Below are positions 19,388-29,239 of a stretch of 64,000 nucleotides of DNA, in pieces (the stretch's first letter is position 1; the number at the start of each line of letters is the position of its first letter). Under the pieces are notes generated by a model. That model was given only the letters and a program-made list of their open reading frames with translations. It was not told the DNA's origin and ran no database searches. A program made the translations under genes and the position numbers. This DNA comes from Acidobacteriota bacterium. GTDB taxonomy: Bacteria > Bacteroidota > Ignavibacteria > UBA10030 > UBA8401. The stretch covers positions 19,563-83,562 of the forward strand of contig JBLMZA010000094.1 of assembly GCA_050258555.1 (NCBI GenBank), in the 5' to 3' direction.

Positions 19388-21076
19388 TTAATCGTGAGAA
19401 ATCTGTTGCCTGGTACTGTCATGCAATGCGAACGCCTGATCGGGGAGCGCGCGGACATAGAGCACAAAGTCCCCGACATGTTCCTTTGCCCGGTAATCGC
19501 GCATTTCCTCCTGGATGAAGCCCGAATGCAGAAAGTAGTCGTGCATCCGGAAGCCTTCGGGCATGGCCGAGCAGTGTTCGCCGTCGTGTATGAAGACGAG
19601 CGCCGGCTTCATCGTTTCGATGTCGGATCCGAGTTCGGAAAGAAACCGCCGCTCCTCATCGGGCATCGCTCGGCGGTCCCGATAGGGAAACGTGCCCGTC
19701 TCGGCGCTGCCGTAATAAAAGCCGGCCAGCGGAAAGCTCGTCAGGTAGCGGCTTGCCGAGCGCCGCCCGGTCTGTATGAGCGTGGGATAGGCCGGAAAGA
19801 GGACCGTGTTGATGAACAGCACGCGGTCTTCTTGCGCGGAATATGAGCGGATCGCCTGCCGGTACATGCGGAAGGATTCATACGTGACATAGGAGCGGTC
19901 GGCGATGAATGCGCGCACGGTCAGCGTGAAGAGTCCCAGAAGAATGAGAATCGATGCCGAGACGGCCCAAAGCTTCCGCGCGCGCACCTGTTCGCGCCGG
20001 TGCATGATTTCCTCATACAGCCAGAGCGCGGCAAAGAGCGAGAGCATGACAAACGAGATTTTGGCCGGAAGCGCATGATAGGAATATCCCTTCTGCTGCA
20101 TCCAATAGGAAAGGAACGACCCGATAAAGAGTCCCGTGAGCATCTCCAGGCGGAGCGAGGAGATGCCGCGCCGCCGAACGATGACGAAGGCGAGCACCGC
20201 GCCGAATACGAGCGAGACACTGCCGGCGATGACCGCGGGCTGCGTGAACATGTAATGGAAGAGATTCAGGTTGATCGTTCCGTAGTAATGCATGAAAAAC
20301 GGCATCCACCGCCCGAAAAGTTCCGCATGCACACGCTCGGGAAGAAACAGGAAATGCAGCGCATAGGACAGAGTGAACGCGCATGCGCTCAGCATTTCAG
20401 GCGCGACGAGCACGCGAGCGCGCCGTGTGCGCACCAGGGCGATCGCTTCGGGAATCAGAACGAGAAGGAAGAAGTACGGCTTCAGGCTGAGTCCGATGCC
20501 GGTCATGATGCCGATCACCATGGACGGCGCGGGCCGGACCCGGTCCCCGTAATAGCGGATCACGCGCACGATCACGAACGGAAAGACCATGATGATCACC
20601 AGATAATCGCGCTGCCCGAAATCGCCCGTCGCATAGACGAACAGCGAAGAGACGATCCATCCCGCAAGCAGCGCGGCGCGCGCCGCGGGCTTCAGGTTCA
20701 ATTCGCGCATGCGAAAAAGTGAAAACAGAAGAACGCTCGAGACAAGCAGCTGTCCGGCCACAAAGAGCGAAAAGGCCTGGGGCAGCAGGAGCCCGGTCGC
20801 CTTCGACACATAGACGGGCGCCATATTCATATAGAAGATCAGGGGCGGATTGATGTCGATGAAGTCGACATAGGGCAATCCGCCTTCGGTCAGAATCCGG
20901 GCGCACTCCAGCACATAGGCGCAGTCGTGGTTGATCTGCAAAGGCGAGCGCAGGATCATCCAGGCCAGCGGCAGAAAAAGCGCAAAGGGAAGGGCGTCGA
21001 TCCATGCATGCGGGACCGGCCCGGCCGTGTGGGGCGCCTTGATCGGCGCGCCGTATTCAGAGCCCGTGCGCATCAT
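19388..21076 (-). CDS. GT-C fold membrane glycosyltransferase (ArnT/PMT-like, polyprenyl-phosphate-sugar dependent)
   Basis: About 12 transmembrane segments and a large C-terminal soluble domain. The layout is typical of GT83/GT39 enzymes. The start overlaps the stop of the upstream polyprenyl-phosphate GT2 gene by 4 nt. Confidence 0.55.
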   Translation of the reverse strand: MMRTGSEYGAPIKAPHTAGPVPHAWIDALPFALFLPLAWMILRSPLQINHDCAYVLECARILTEGGLPYVDFIDINPPLIFYMNMAPVYVSKATGLLLPQAFSLFVAGQLLVSSVLLFSLFRMRELNLKPAARAALLAGWIVSSLFVYATGDFGQRDYLVIIMVFPFVIVRVIRYYGDRVRPAPSMVIGIMTGIGLSLKPYFFLLVLIPEAIALVRTRRARVLVAPEMLSACAFTLSYALHFLFLPERVHAELFGRWMPFFMHYYGTINLNLFHYMFTQPAVIAGSVSLVFGAVLAFVIVRRRGISSLRLEMLTGLFIGSFLSYWMQQKGYSYHALPAKISFVMLSLFAALWLYEEIMHRREQVRARKLWAVSASILILLGLFTLTVRAFIADRSYVTYESFRMYRQAIRSYSAQEDRVLFINTVLFPAYPTLIQTGRRSASRYLTSFPLAGFYYGSAETGTFPYRDRRAMPDEERRFLSELGSDIETMKPALVFIHDGEHCSAMPEGFRMHDYFLHSGFIQEEMRDYRAKEHVGDFVLYVRALPDQAFALHDSTRQQISHD

Positions 21077-22056
21077 AATGAATGGACCCTGCAGGAGGAA
21101 ACATCATAGACGGCACCGGTGTCGTCGTCATCGAAGCCGAGGGTCTGCTTCACAAGAAAGATCGGGCGCTTTCTCACCTCATCCAGGACGCGCCAGAGAT
21201 ATTCGCCGATGATGCCGATGCCGATGAGCTGGGCCCCGGAGGCGATCAGGACGACGACCATGAGCGAAGACCAGCCCTCGATCGCCACGCCGTGCACCAG
21301 GCGCAGTCCGATGATAAAGAGCGCGTAGAGAAGGCCGAACGCCGCAATGGTGAAGCCCATGCTGCTGACCACGCGCAGCGGAAAATACGAGAACGCCGTG
21401 AAGGAATCGATGAAGAGCTTGATCTTCTTGGCCACTGACCAGCGGGAGCGGCCCGCGGCCCGCGCCCGGCGCTCATAGGCGATGAGCTTGCGCTCATAGC
21501 CCGTCCAGAGCACCTGGATGATGAGATGGGAATTCTTTTCCTCCATCTTGAGAATCGCGTCGATCACTTTCCGGTCGATGAGCCCGTAGTCGCACCCGCC
21601 TTCGGGAATATTCTTCACGCCGAAGCGCCGCATGAGCCGGTAGAAGAGCGAAGCGAGCACTTTCGTCGCCCAGGGATCCTTGCGCGAGGAGCGCACGGCG
21701 AGCACGGCCGGGAAGCCTTCTTTCCATCCCCGGTAGAGTTCGTGGATGAGCGAGGGCGGATCCTGCAGATCGGCGCTGATGATGACGGCGCAGTCTCCCG
21801 TGGCATACGAAAGCCCGGCGAAGACGGCGATGCCCGAGCCGTGGTTTTTCGAGAGCTGCACGAGCTTCACTCGGCTGTCCTTCTTGGCGAAGCCCGCAAT
21901 GATCTCCGCCGAGTGATCGCCCGAGCCGTCATCGACGAAGATGAATTCGGCGTCTGCCGTATCGAGTATCCGCATCACATGGCGGAATTCCTCGTACAAG
22001 GCCGGCAGCGTCGGGGCATTGTAATAGACCGGAACAATGATCGAGAGTTTATCCAC
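21073..22056 (-). CDS. polyprenyl-phosphate glycosyltransferase (GT2; ArnC/DPM1/GtrB-like)
   Basis: Motifs LSIIVPVYYNAPTLP, FVDDGSGD and DADLQDPP, plus two C-terminal transmembrane helices as in ArnC/GtrB. The start was taken as the GTG at 22056 with an AAGGAG RBS 7-8 nt upstream; the track ORF extends to 22452. Confidence 0.65.
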   Translation of the reverse strand: MDKLSIIVPVYYNAPTLPALYEEFRHVMRILDTADAEFIFVDDGSGDHSAEIIAGFAKKDSRVKLVQLSKNHGSGIAVFAGLSYATGDCAVIISADLQDPPSLIHELYRGWKEGFPAVLAVRSSRKDPWATKVLASLFYRLMRRFGVKNIPEGGCDYGLIDRKVIDAILKMEEKNSHLIIQVLWTGYERKLIAYERRARAAGRSRWSVAKKIKLFIDSFTAFSYFPLRVVSSMGFTIAAFGLLYALFIIGLRLVHGVAIEGWSSLMVVVLIASGAQLIGIGIIGEYLWRVLDEVRKRPIFLVKQTLGFDDDDTGAVYDVSSCRVHSL

Positions 22057-22112
22057 AGCGGCACCTGCTCCTTTTCGTTCGCACTCTGCGTGTATTGTGT
22101 GTCGGCAACGGT

Positions 22113-23084
22113 TCAGTTGAGCACCTTCCGGAAGACGAACTCCGTCTTTCCCAGATGAAATCCCAAATGTTCGCACACCTTGATGATGCGGATGTTGGTG
22201 GCCTGCGTCGAGAAGAAGAGATGCTCGGCGCCTGCCTCCGCAAAATGATAAATGAGTTCCGAAAGCATCTTGACGGCCCATCCCTGAAGGGCGCCCGAAC
22301 TGGCGCCGAGCACCAATTGACTGATGGGACGCTCCCACGTCTGCCAGTCCTTTTTGAGATACCGCCCGGTGGCGACGGCCGTCGGCGCTCCGGGAAGATC
22401 GGGCACCATGACGATATCCGAGAACTCCTTCGAGAGCGAGACGCGTATCCACTGTTCCATAAGCCGGTCGGCATCCTCTCTGGAAATGAACGGATCGGCA
22501 TGGAAGCGGTCATAGATGTTGACCGTATCGCGCACCACCCCGGTGATCGAGGGAAGATCCTCGGGCCGGGCTTCGCGCGTCGGATAGCGCTTGATGTATT
22601 CAAAGTCGCAGATGGCGCGGTGGTAATACAAGCGCGGCTCGATCAGGCAGAAGCCGGCTTCGCCGAGCGCGCGCATGAGCGAGAGATCCCTCGGATCGAC
22701 CTGGGCAAACATGTAGCGGATGCCGTGCTCGCGCGCCTTCTGTTGCACGGCGCTGACGGCCGCGGCCAGCTCGGCGAAGGGACGGTATCCCGGCTGGGCC
22801 AGCGGATAAATGCCGTGGAGCCTGGCGATGCCGTAGCCGAAGAAGGCGCTGTCCCACGGGAGCTTCTCGGCCATGACGGCCAGCGGGCCTTCCTTCGGAT
22901 CTTCGAGAATGAAGCGCAGATCGTCCGCCTCGTCGATCACACGGCAGAGCGTATCGAGGAGGAGCTTTTTATCGCCCTCGGACGAGATGCCGCGGATGTA
23001 ATCGAGCGGCGACCAGGGCAGCGTCGATGCCAGGGCCTGCCGCACGTCCTCGTTCACTGCCGTAAAGTCTCTGATGCATTCCAT
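22113..23084 (-). CDS. WecD-like two-domain GNAT N-acyltransferase (nucleotide-amino-sugar acetyltransferase family)
   Basis: The segment KLPWDSAFFGYGIARL resembles the WecD/RffC N-terminus (..LTWENAFFG..). The C-terminus has a GNAT fold (Q/R..G.G motif). The start is the ATG at 23084 with an AAGGAGA RBS. Confidence 0.55.
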   Translation of the reverse strand: MECIRDFTAVNEDVRQALASTLPWSPLDYIRGISSEGDKKLLLDTLCRVIDEADDLRFILEDPKEGPLAVMAEKLPWDSAFFGYGIARLHGIYPLAQPGYRPFAELAAAVSAVQQKAREHGIRYMFAQVDPRDLSLMRALGEAGFCLIEPRLYYHRAICDFEYIKRYPTREARPEDLPSITGVVRDTVNIYDRFHADPFISREDADRLMEQWIRVSLSKEFSDIVMVPDLPGAPTAVATGRYLKKDWQTWERPISQLVLGASSGALQGWAVKMLSELIYHFAEAGAEHLFFSTQATNIRIIKVCEHLGFHLGKTEFVFRKVLN

Positions 23085-23122
23085 GGGATTCTCCTTCGTC
23101 TTCGATCTCTCTTGTTCCCCAT

Positions 23123-23911
23123 TCACTGCCAATAATATTCCGGGCGCCGGTCTGCAAAGAGATGGTTGCGCTCGGTCACGAATTTGTTGTCCGCCGCCTC
23201 CGGAATGATCTCGCACACGGCCGCTTCAACGGCGTCCGAAGACGAGCGGTGCAGGACGTCTCCGCGCGGAGAGGTGATCTGGCTCCGGCCGATGAATGTG
23301 AGCGGTCCGCCGGCCCGGTCCTCGGTGCCGATGCGGTTGGCCGTGGCGGCAAAGACGCGGTTTTCAAGCGAGCGCACGGGCATGGCCATCGGACAGTGGG
23401 GAAGCACGAGATTCGACGGATGGGCGATCACCTGCGCGCCCTTGAGCGCGAGCGTTCTGGCGCTTTCGGGAAAATACCAGTCGAAGCAGATCATCATGCC
23501 GATCCTGCCGCAGGGCGTTGCTTCGACGCGAAAGCCGAGATTGCCCGGCGTGAAGCATTCCTTCTCCCGGTCGAAGAGGTGTGTCTTTCTGTAGAGCGAT
23601 GCGAAACCGTCGTAGCCGATCAGGGCCGCGGAGTTATACAGCGTGCCGTTGTCGTCTTCGGCGAAGCCGAAGGCGATGAAGCAGTGCGCCTCCCGGGCGA
23701 AGTCGAAGAGCCTGGAGAATGTGGGGCCGGTCCGGAAGGCCTCCGAAAGCGATCGGGCCTCTTCGGCTGTTTCGAAATTATATCCGGAGGCGAAGAGCTC
23801 CGGCAGCACATAAAGATCGGCCGGCGCCTGGCGCATGAGCTCGAGGGCCTGGATGCAGTTGGCGTCCTTTTCCCCGAAGACGGGATCGGTTTGTATGGTG
23901 GCAAGTTTCAT
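23123..23911 (-). CDS. carbon-nitrogen hydrolase (nitrilase superfamily)
   Basis: The Glu-Lys-Cys catalytic triad context is present (YVLPELF, YRKTHLF, MMICFDWYFPE). The start was moved to the ATG at 23911, giving a 4-nt overlap with the upstream LmbE gene. Confidence 0.7.
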   Translation of the reverse strand: MKLATIQTDPVFGEKDANCIQALELMRQAPADLYVLPELFASGYNFETAEEARSLSEAFRTGPTFSRLFDFAREAHCFIAFGFAEDDNGTLYNSAALIGYDGFASLYRKTHLFDREKECFTPGNLGFRVEATPCGRIGMMICFDWYFPESARTLALKGAQVIAHPSNLVLPHCPMAMPVRSLENRVFAATANRIGTEDRAGGPLTFIGRSQITSPRGDVLHRSSSDAVEAAVCEIIPEAADNKFVTERNHLFADRRPEYYWQ

Positions 23912-24558
23912 AGGACAAGCTTTCGTGTGTAAAATGCCTCGGCATACCGGCTGCCGCCCGATTCCATGCCGCGGATGCGCAGCACCGAGCGAAGCAGGTC
24001 CTCGGTGAGCCAGTGCTTCGAGACTTGCGAGGCGAATGTCTCCATGATCGTCTGGCATTTGAACGCGGTCTCGGCCTCATCGAGCGTGACAAAGAGATTG
24101 GGCGAACCGAAGTCGCCGTCGTATTTCGGGATCTCGTATTCCCAGATGAGATGGCTCCGGAACGTGTTCCATGTGAGGTCCGAAATCACGCGGTGATCCT
24201 GATGGCGGTCCGACCGGGAATGCGTGAAGATGAGATCGGGAGCGATGCGGGCCTTGAGCGATTCGAAATATTCCTTGATCGCTGCCGCTTCGTACGGGAA
24301 GAATCCGTCTCTGAACTCCAGAATTTCGATGCGGGCATCACCGGCGCTCTGCGTGAAGGCGGATGCGCCTTTGCGCGCTTCGTCGATGCGGCTGCCATTG
24401 GCGCTGAAGACGATCCAGGTGATGCGGGTCCCGGGATGCCGGGAGAGGAGCTTCAGGATCGCGCCTCCGCATCCGATTTCAATATCGTCCGAATGCGCTC
24501 CCAGACAAAGGATGGAAAGCGGCCGGCCGGCGGGAATGTCAAGTGAACATGTGAGCAT
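23908..24558 (-). CDS. PIG-L/LmbE family deacetylase
   Basis: N-terminal ILCLGAHSDDIEIGCGG (AHPDDE-type zinc site), and HRSDRHQDH downstream. Confidence 0.75.
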   Translation of the reverse strand: MLTCSLDIPAGRPLSILCLGAHSDDIEIGCGGAILKLLSRHPGTRITWIVFSANGSRIDEARKGASAFTQSAGDARIEILEFRDGFFPYEAAAIKEYFESLKARIAPDLIFTHSRSDRHQDHRVISDLTWNTFRSHLIWEYEIPKYDGDFGSPNLFVTLDEAETAFKCQTIMETFASQVSKHWLTEDLLRSVLRIRGMESGGSRYAEAFYTRKLVL

Positions 24559-24566
24559 GTGTGCAT

Positions 24567-25781
24567 TTATCGTTTCGGTGATGAAAAGACATCGTCGAAC
24601 TGTTCAACGACCTCAGTATAATAGCGCTTGAATATTCCGGTGTCAAGCCTCCACGCGCACGAAGCACGCTCGGCTTCGAGACGCTCGAATGCGCATTCGA
24701 GCGCCTCGGGCGTGATCGTTCTGATTTCCATGACGTGTCTGCCTTGTCCGGCGCGCTCCATCAGATCGTCGATCTTGGGATGATAGGAGAGCGCCACAAC
24801 CGGCTTTCCCTTCAGAAGCGAAAAAAGGACCGCATGAAAGCGCGAAGCGACCACAAGATCGAGCGAGGCGATATGTTCCATCAGCTCGTCGGGTGAAGCG
24901 GCGCTCAGCGTCGTCGGCATGGCCCCGCCCGCTGAATGCGCCGCCATGATCGCGCGGATATCGTCATCCAGGCGTTCATCGCCCAGCTGGCTGTGGAAGA
25001 AGACGACCTCGATCTTCTTCCGGCACAGAAAGAGACAGAACTCCGCCATGATGCGGATATACGCTTCGTAGCTCATCGTCCGGGCGTCGAAGCGCGTCGA
25101 CCATTCGTGGCGCGGCAGGGGATTGATGCCGACTCTCCGCAGGCGGCTCTTTGCGGCGCCGGCATGCAGCCCGGAAGCCGAGGGCAGAAGAGCGAATGCC
25201 ATGTCGGGGCACAGGCGTGATGCTTTCCGCATGCCGATTTTCTTCATCCACGCAAGCGACGCTTCGTCCCTGAACGAGCGATAGGAGGCGCGCGAGAGCG
25301 AGAAGCGGAAGAACCATTTTCCGAGTTCGGTCACGAAGGGGCCCGCCCCGACGCTCAGATACATCATGCGCGTGCCGGTCAGGGCGCAGAGCGCCGCCCA
25401 GCGGAAATGCGTGAAGGGATAGGTCCAGGGCCCGTGCTCTTTGTCGTAGATGCCGCCCGAGCCGGCCACCACCAGAAGCGTGATCGAGCGAAGGGCGCGG
25501 TAGGACTTCCAGAGAAAGGCGATTTCCGCGGGCGCGGCTTCGAGCGCTTTGCGGAATCGCGAGCGGCCGGATTTCGACGAGCCCGTGCGGCGGATCGGGA
25601 TCGCTTCGATGCCGTGGCGCTTCATTGTCTCGTCGGGATTGAGCGAAATGCCGAGAAGCTTCGCTTCGGGCATGCGGCGACGGATCTCGCGAGCCAGGAG
25701 CGAGACGACCGCTTCATCGCCCAGATTGCCTGCGCCGTAATACCCGAAGAGCGCGATTGTCTGTGGAAGAGCCTGCTTCAT
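24567..25781 (-). CDS. polysaccharide pyruvyl transferase (CsaB/WcaK family)
   Basis: N-terminal GYYGAGNLGDEA signature and a C-terminal glycosyltransferase-B-like fold (VVASRFHAVLFS). Confidence 0.65.
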   Translation of the reverse strand: MKQALPQTIALFGYYGAGNLGDEAVVSLLAREIRRRMPEAKLLGISLNPDETMKRHGIEAIPIRRTGSSKSGRSRFRKALEAAPAEIAFLWKSYRALRSITLLVVAGSGGIYDKEHGPWTYPFTHFRWAALCALTGTRMMYLSVGAGPFVTELGKWFFRFSLSRASYRSFRDEASLAWMKKIGMRKASRLCPDMAFALLPSASGLHAGAAKSRLRRVGINPLPRHEWSTRFDARTMSYEAYIRIMAEFCLFLCRKKIEVVFFHSQLGDERLDDDIRAIMAAHSAGGAMPTTLSAASPDELMEHIASLDLVVASRFHAVLFSLLKGKPVVALSYHPKIDDLMERAGQGRHVMEIRTITPEALECAFERLEAERASCAWRLDTGIFKRYYTEVVEQFDDVFSSPKR

Positions 25782-27127
25782 CGCTGTCCGATGCCTGCTT
25801 CGTGTGATGCCGGGTGTGTGTTGTATGTCCGGAAGACCGGCTGAACCGGGCGTCCGATGAGATAGCCGTCAATGCCTTGCTCGAGCGCGCGTGCATAGAT
25901 CTCCAGACTCTCATCGATCGCCTCGATCGTGCGGTCGATGTCGTCCTCGGTATGGGAATAACTCACCACAAGCGAAGGGGCGATGATGCCGCGCTTCAGA
26001 AGCTCCTGCAAAAAGAGCGTGCGGAAGGGCTGCGACGGCTTCTTTTCCCCGTCGCGCGTGCCGAAGACGAGGCAGGCCGGCCTGCCGAGCACCGAGACGT
26101 AGTCTGTGAGCCCGTAGGCGCGGATGGCCGCTTCGAAGCCGCGTTTGAGGCGCTCGCCGCGGATGCAGAGCGTTTCGATCACGGGCTCACGCTTGTAAAT
26201 ATTCATGACGGCGATGCCGGCGGCCAAGGCGTGATTTTCGGCGCCGTGCGTGGTCGAATTCAAAAAGACGCGCGGCCGTGCGGTCTGCGTCAGTCCGCCG
26301 AGCTCCATGATCTCGCGCTTTCCTGCAAGCGCTGAAAGCGAGAAGCCGTTCGAGAGCGCCTTGCCGAATGTCGAGAGATCCGGATCGAGTCCGTACATCG
26401 TCTGCGCCCCGTTCAGGTGCCAGCGGAAGCCCGTGATCATCTCGTCCAGAATGAAGAGCGCGCCTTCCTGGCGGCAGAGCGCCTGAAGCTCCTGGAGGAA
26501 ATTGTTCAGGGGCGGCCGTTCCTTTTCCGCTTCAAGAATGACGCAGGCGATCTTTTTCGGATGCTTGGCAAACATCATCCGCGCGCTTTCGATGTCGTTG
26601 TAGCGGAATTTCAGCGTGAGGCATTTGACCGATTCCGGGATGCCCGCATCCATCGCCGTGGTGCCCATGAACCAGTCGTCGACCGAAAAGAAGGGCTGAT
26701 CGCCGCAGACGGCCACCAGGTCGCGTCCGGTCCAGGCCCGTGCGAGCTTCACGGCGCCATTGTTGGCATCGGAGCCGTTCTTGGCGAATTTCACCATCTC
26801 GGCCCCGGGGATGAGCGAGAGGAATTCTTCGGCCGCCTCGAGTTCGATCACGCCCGGCCGCGCATAGTTGGAGCCCTTGAGCATCTGGGCTACGGCCGCT
26901 TCGATGACCGGCTGATAGGCATGCCCGAGCGTGACGGCGCGAAGTCCCATGCCGTATTCGATGAATTCATTTCCGTCGGCATCCCAGACATGGCACCCTT
27001 TCCCGTGCGTGATATAGGGCGGCATGAATTCCGGATACTGGTCGTCTCCCTTGGCGTAGGTGTGCGAACCGCCCGGGATGAGCTCGTGGAATTTCTTCTG
27101 CAGCTGAAGCGATCGTTCGAATGTCAT
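25778..27127 (-). CDS. class III (GSA/HemL-like) PLP-dependent aminotransferase
   Basis: The aminotransferase-III PLP Lys context is present (GSDANNGAVKLAR, ILDEMITGFR, DLSTFGKALSNG). There is a 4-nt overlap with the flanking genes. Confidence 0.75.
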   Translation of the reverse strand: MTFERSLQLQKKFHELIPGGSHTYAKGDDQYPEFMPPYITHGKGCHVWDADGNEFIEYGMGLRAVTLGHAYQPVIEAAVAQMLKGSNYARPGVIELEAAEEFLSLIPGAEMVKFAKNGSDANNGAVKLARAWTGRDLVAVCGDQPFFSVDDWFMGTTAMDAGIPESVKCLTLKFRYNDIESARMMFAKHPKKIACVILEAEKERPPLNNFLQELQALCRQEGALFILDEMITGFRWHLNGAQTMYGLDPDLSTFGKALSNGFSLSALAGKREIMELGGLTQTARPRVFLNSTTHGAENHALAAGIAVMNIYKREPVIETLCIRGERLKRGFEAAIRAYGLTDYVSVLGRPACLVFGTRDGEKKPSQPFRTLFLQELLKRGIIAPSLVVSYSHTEDDIDRTIEAIDESLEIYARALEQGIDGYLIGRPVQPVFRTYNTHPASHEAGIGQR

Positions 27128-27939
27128 ATATGCTCCGCAAGAATGTGTTTCGGCGCGCGGCCGTTGGAATGCTTCCAGACTTCCCAGGGCGCGTTGCCCT
27201 GGCTGTCCATATCCGAAAGTTCCTGCTGCTCCTTGAACGTGTCCATGGCCCAGTACCGGTCGTAGCGGTAGCCCATGAGCTGGTTTTCGGCGATGAGGCG
27301 CCGGAAGGGCTCGATCACGAGCTCCTCGCCCGGACGCATATAGTCGAAGATCTGTTTGCGGAAGACGAAGAAGCCGCCGTTGACGACGATGCCCGCATCG
27401 CGCACGTACTGGATATCGGTGACGCGGTTTTCGCCGTCGAATTTGACCACATGAAAGCTCTGCGAGGGCACGGGACAGATCATCGAGGCGATCTTGCCGC
27501 TTTCTGTGAAGGCGTCGATCATCTCGGGAAGCTTCATGTCGGTCAATCCGTCCGAGTAATTGGCAAGGAACATTTCTTCGCCTTCAAGCAGGTGGCGCAC
27601 CTTCATCAGGCGTTCTCCGATATTCGAGTGCAGCCCGGTGTCGACAAACGTGATCTTCCAGTCGTCGATGTCGCTTTTGAGAAGCTGGAGATCCTTGCCG
27701 CCTCTGGAGTAGACGAAATCGTTCGATGTGTACTCGTTGTAGTTGAGGAAATAATTCTTGATCATATCCGCCTTGTAGCCCAGGCAGAGAATGAAATCCT
27801 TGTGCCCGAAGTGGGCATAGTATTTCATGACATGCCACAGGATGGGCCTGTAGCCGATGTTGACCAGGGGCTTCGGAATGTGTTCGGAATATTCCCTGAG
27901 CCTGGTTCCCATGCCTCCGCAGAAAATGACGACCTTCAT
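27124..27939 (-). CDS. rfbF: glucose-1-phosphate cytidylyltransferase
   Basis: MKVVIFCGGMGTRLREYSEHIPKPLVNIGYRPILWHVM... is a near-textbook RfbF/DdhA sequence of 271 aa. Confidence 0.85.
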   Translation of the reverse strand: MKVVIFCGGMGTRLREYSEHIPKPLVNIGYRPILWHVMKYYAHFGHKDFILCLGYKADMIKNYFLNYNEYTSNDFVYSRGGKDLQLLKSDIDDWKITFVDTGLHSNIGERLMKVRHLLEGEEMFLANYSDGLTDMKLPEMIDAFTESGKIASMICPVPSQSFHVVKFDGENRVTDIQYVRDAGIVVNGGFFVFRKQIFDYMRPGEELVIEPFRRLIAENQLMGYRYDRYWAMDTFKEQQELSDMDSQGNAPWEVWKHSNGRAPKHILAEHI

Positions 27940-27958
27940 GGCGTGTGTCTCCCTTCTC

Positions 27959-29233
27959 TCAAAGTGTCTGCTGTTCGTTCCACAGTTGGTCGATGAGACG
28001 GCCCGAGGGGAGCGTCACATCCGAAAATGTAATCGGCGTATCTTTGCTGATTCTGTGCCGCGTGCGGCATCCTTCCGAAAGCCCCATGGGAAGAAGCCCT
28101 TCGCCGCGCGCCGGGCCGGCATTCTCGATCACGCCGTATGTGCAAAAGCCTCCGACGCCGTCCAGGAAATCGCCCTCGTTCAGATCCTTCTTCGCCACCG
28201 TGACGACTTCCGTGACGGGCGCGCCCAGGGGCGATGTGGTCGCATCGGCAAAGAGCGCCGCGCGCGCCACCGAGCCCGCCAGCTGGATGTGGGGCAGATG
28301 GTACGGCGTATAGAACACATAGAAGGGGCCGCTGCCCATCTTCAGATAGGCAAGATGCTTCTGCTTGACCGGGTGCGGCTCATGCACGATGACGAAGGCG
28401 CCCGTGTGCGGCTCTGCCCCGAGCGCATAGTCGACAAGCCCGTGCGCAAGCAGCTGTTCGGAGGGAAGGAGCGAGGCGATTTCGCGCACGTGCGTGCAGC
28501 GCGGGCCGTACATGCCGCGCTTTCCGACGGCGAAGCCCGTGGCATTCGAAAGGATCGCGGCTTCCATGGCGAGCTTGGTGCCGTCGGCGAAGCTGGTGAC
28601 GATCGCGGAATTCTGCCCGTACTGGTCGGCAAAGGCCTGCTGCGTGGTCGGCGTGCGGTACGGATCGATCATGCCTTTGAGATTGCCGGCGCCCACAGGA
28701 TTGAGGCCGAGCGAGCGCACATAGCGCAGAAGGTTCATGGCCACGCCGGGCTCGTCTCCGTCCACATTCGTCACGACGACGCCGGCCTTGTCCGCATGGA
28801 ATTTCAGAATGGGGCCGAGCGTCGAATCCAGTTCGGCGTTGATCAAGACGACATGCTTGCCGTGCCTGATCGCATCCATCGCCGTGCGGGCTCCGTATTC
28901 GAGCGAGCCCGTGGCTTCGATGATCACATCGATCTCCTCCGACCGGCACAAGAGCGCCGGATCGTCCGTGACGGCGGCGCGGCCGCGCCGGACGGCTTCA
29001 TCGAGCTGCAGGACGGAGCAGACATTCTGGATATCGGTGATGCCGTTTTCCTCGAACGCCCGGCGGGCCTTTTCGATTGTCCGGTTGGCAATTGCGCCCA
29101 GGCGCATGCCCGGAAGCGGCGTGAGCATCTGCAGCGCGATCATGCGTCCCATGACGCCCGAGCCCGAGAGTCCGATTCTGATCGGGCGGCGGGATGCTTC
29201 GCGCTCTTCCAATTTTTTGTCGACAATCACCAT
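27959..29233 (-). CDS. NAD(P)-binding oxidoreductase with C-terminal SAF domain (COG4091, homoserine-dehydrogenase-like family)
   Basis: N-terminal Rossmann motif IGLSGSGVMG. Length and layout match predicted homoserine-DH-like SAF-domain proteins. The assignment is by resemblance only. Confidence 0.45.
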   Translation of the reverse strand: MVIVDKKLEEREASRRPIRIGLSGSGVMGRMIALQMLTPLPGMRLGAIANRTIEKARRAFEENGITDIQNVCSVLQLDEAVRRGRAAVTDDPALLCRSEEIDVIIEATGSLEYGARTAMDAIRHGKHVVLINAELDSTLGPILKFHADKAGVVVTNVDGDEPGVAMNLLRYVRSLGLNPVGAGNLKGMIDPYRTPTTQQAFADQYGQNSAIVTSFADGTKLAMEAAILSNATGFAVGKRGMYGPRCTHVREIASLLPSEQLLAHGLVDYALGAEPHTGAFVIVHEPHPVKQKHLAYLKMGSGPFYVFYTPYHLPHIQLAGSVARAALFADATTSPLGAPVTEVVTVAKKDLNEGDFLDGVGGFCTYGVIENAGPARGEGLLPMGLSEGCRTRHRISKDTPITFSDVTLPSGRLIDQLWNEQQTL

Positions 29234-29239
29234 TGTCTC

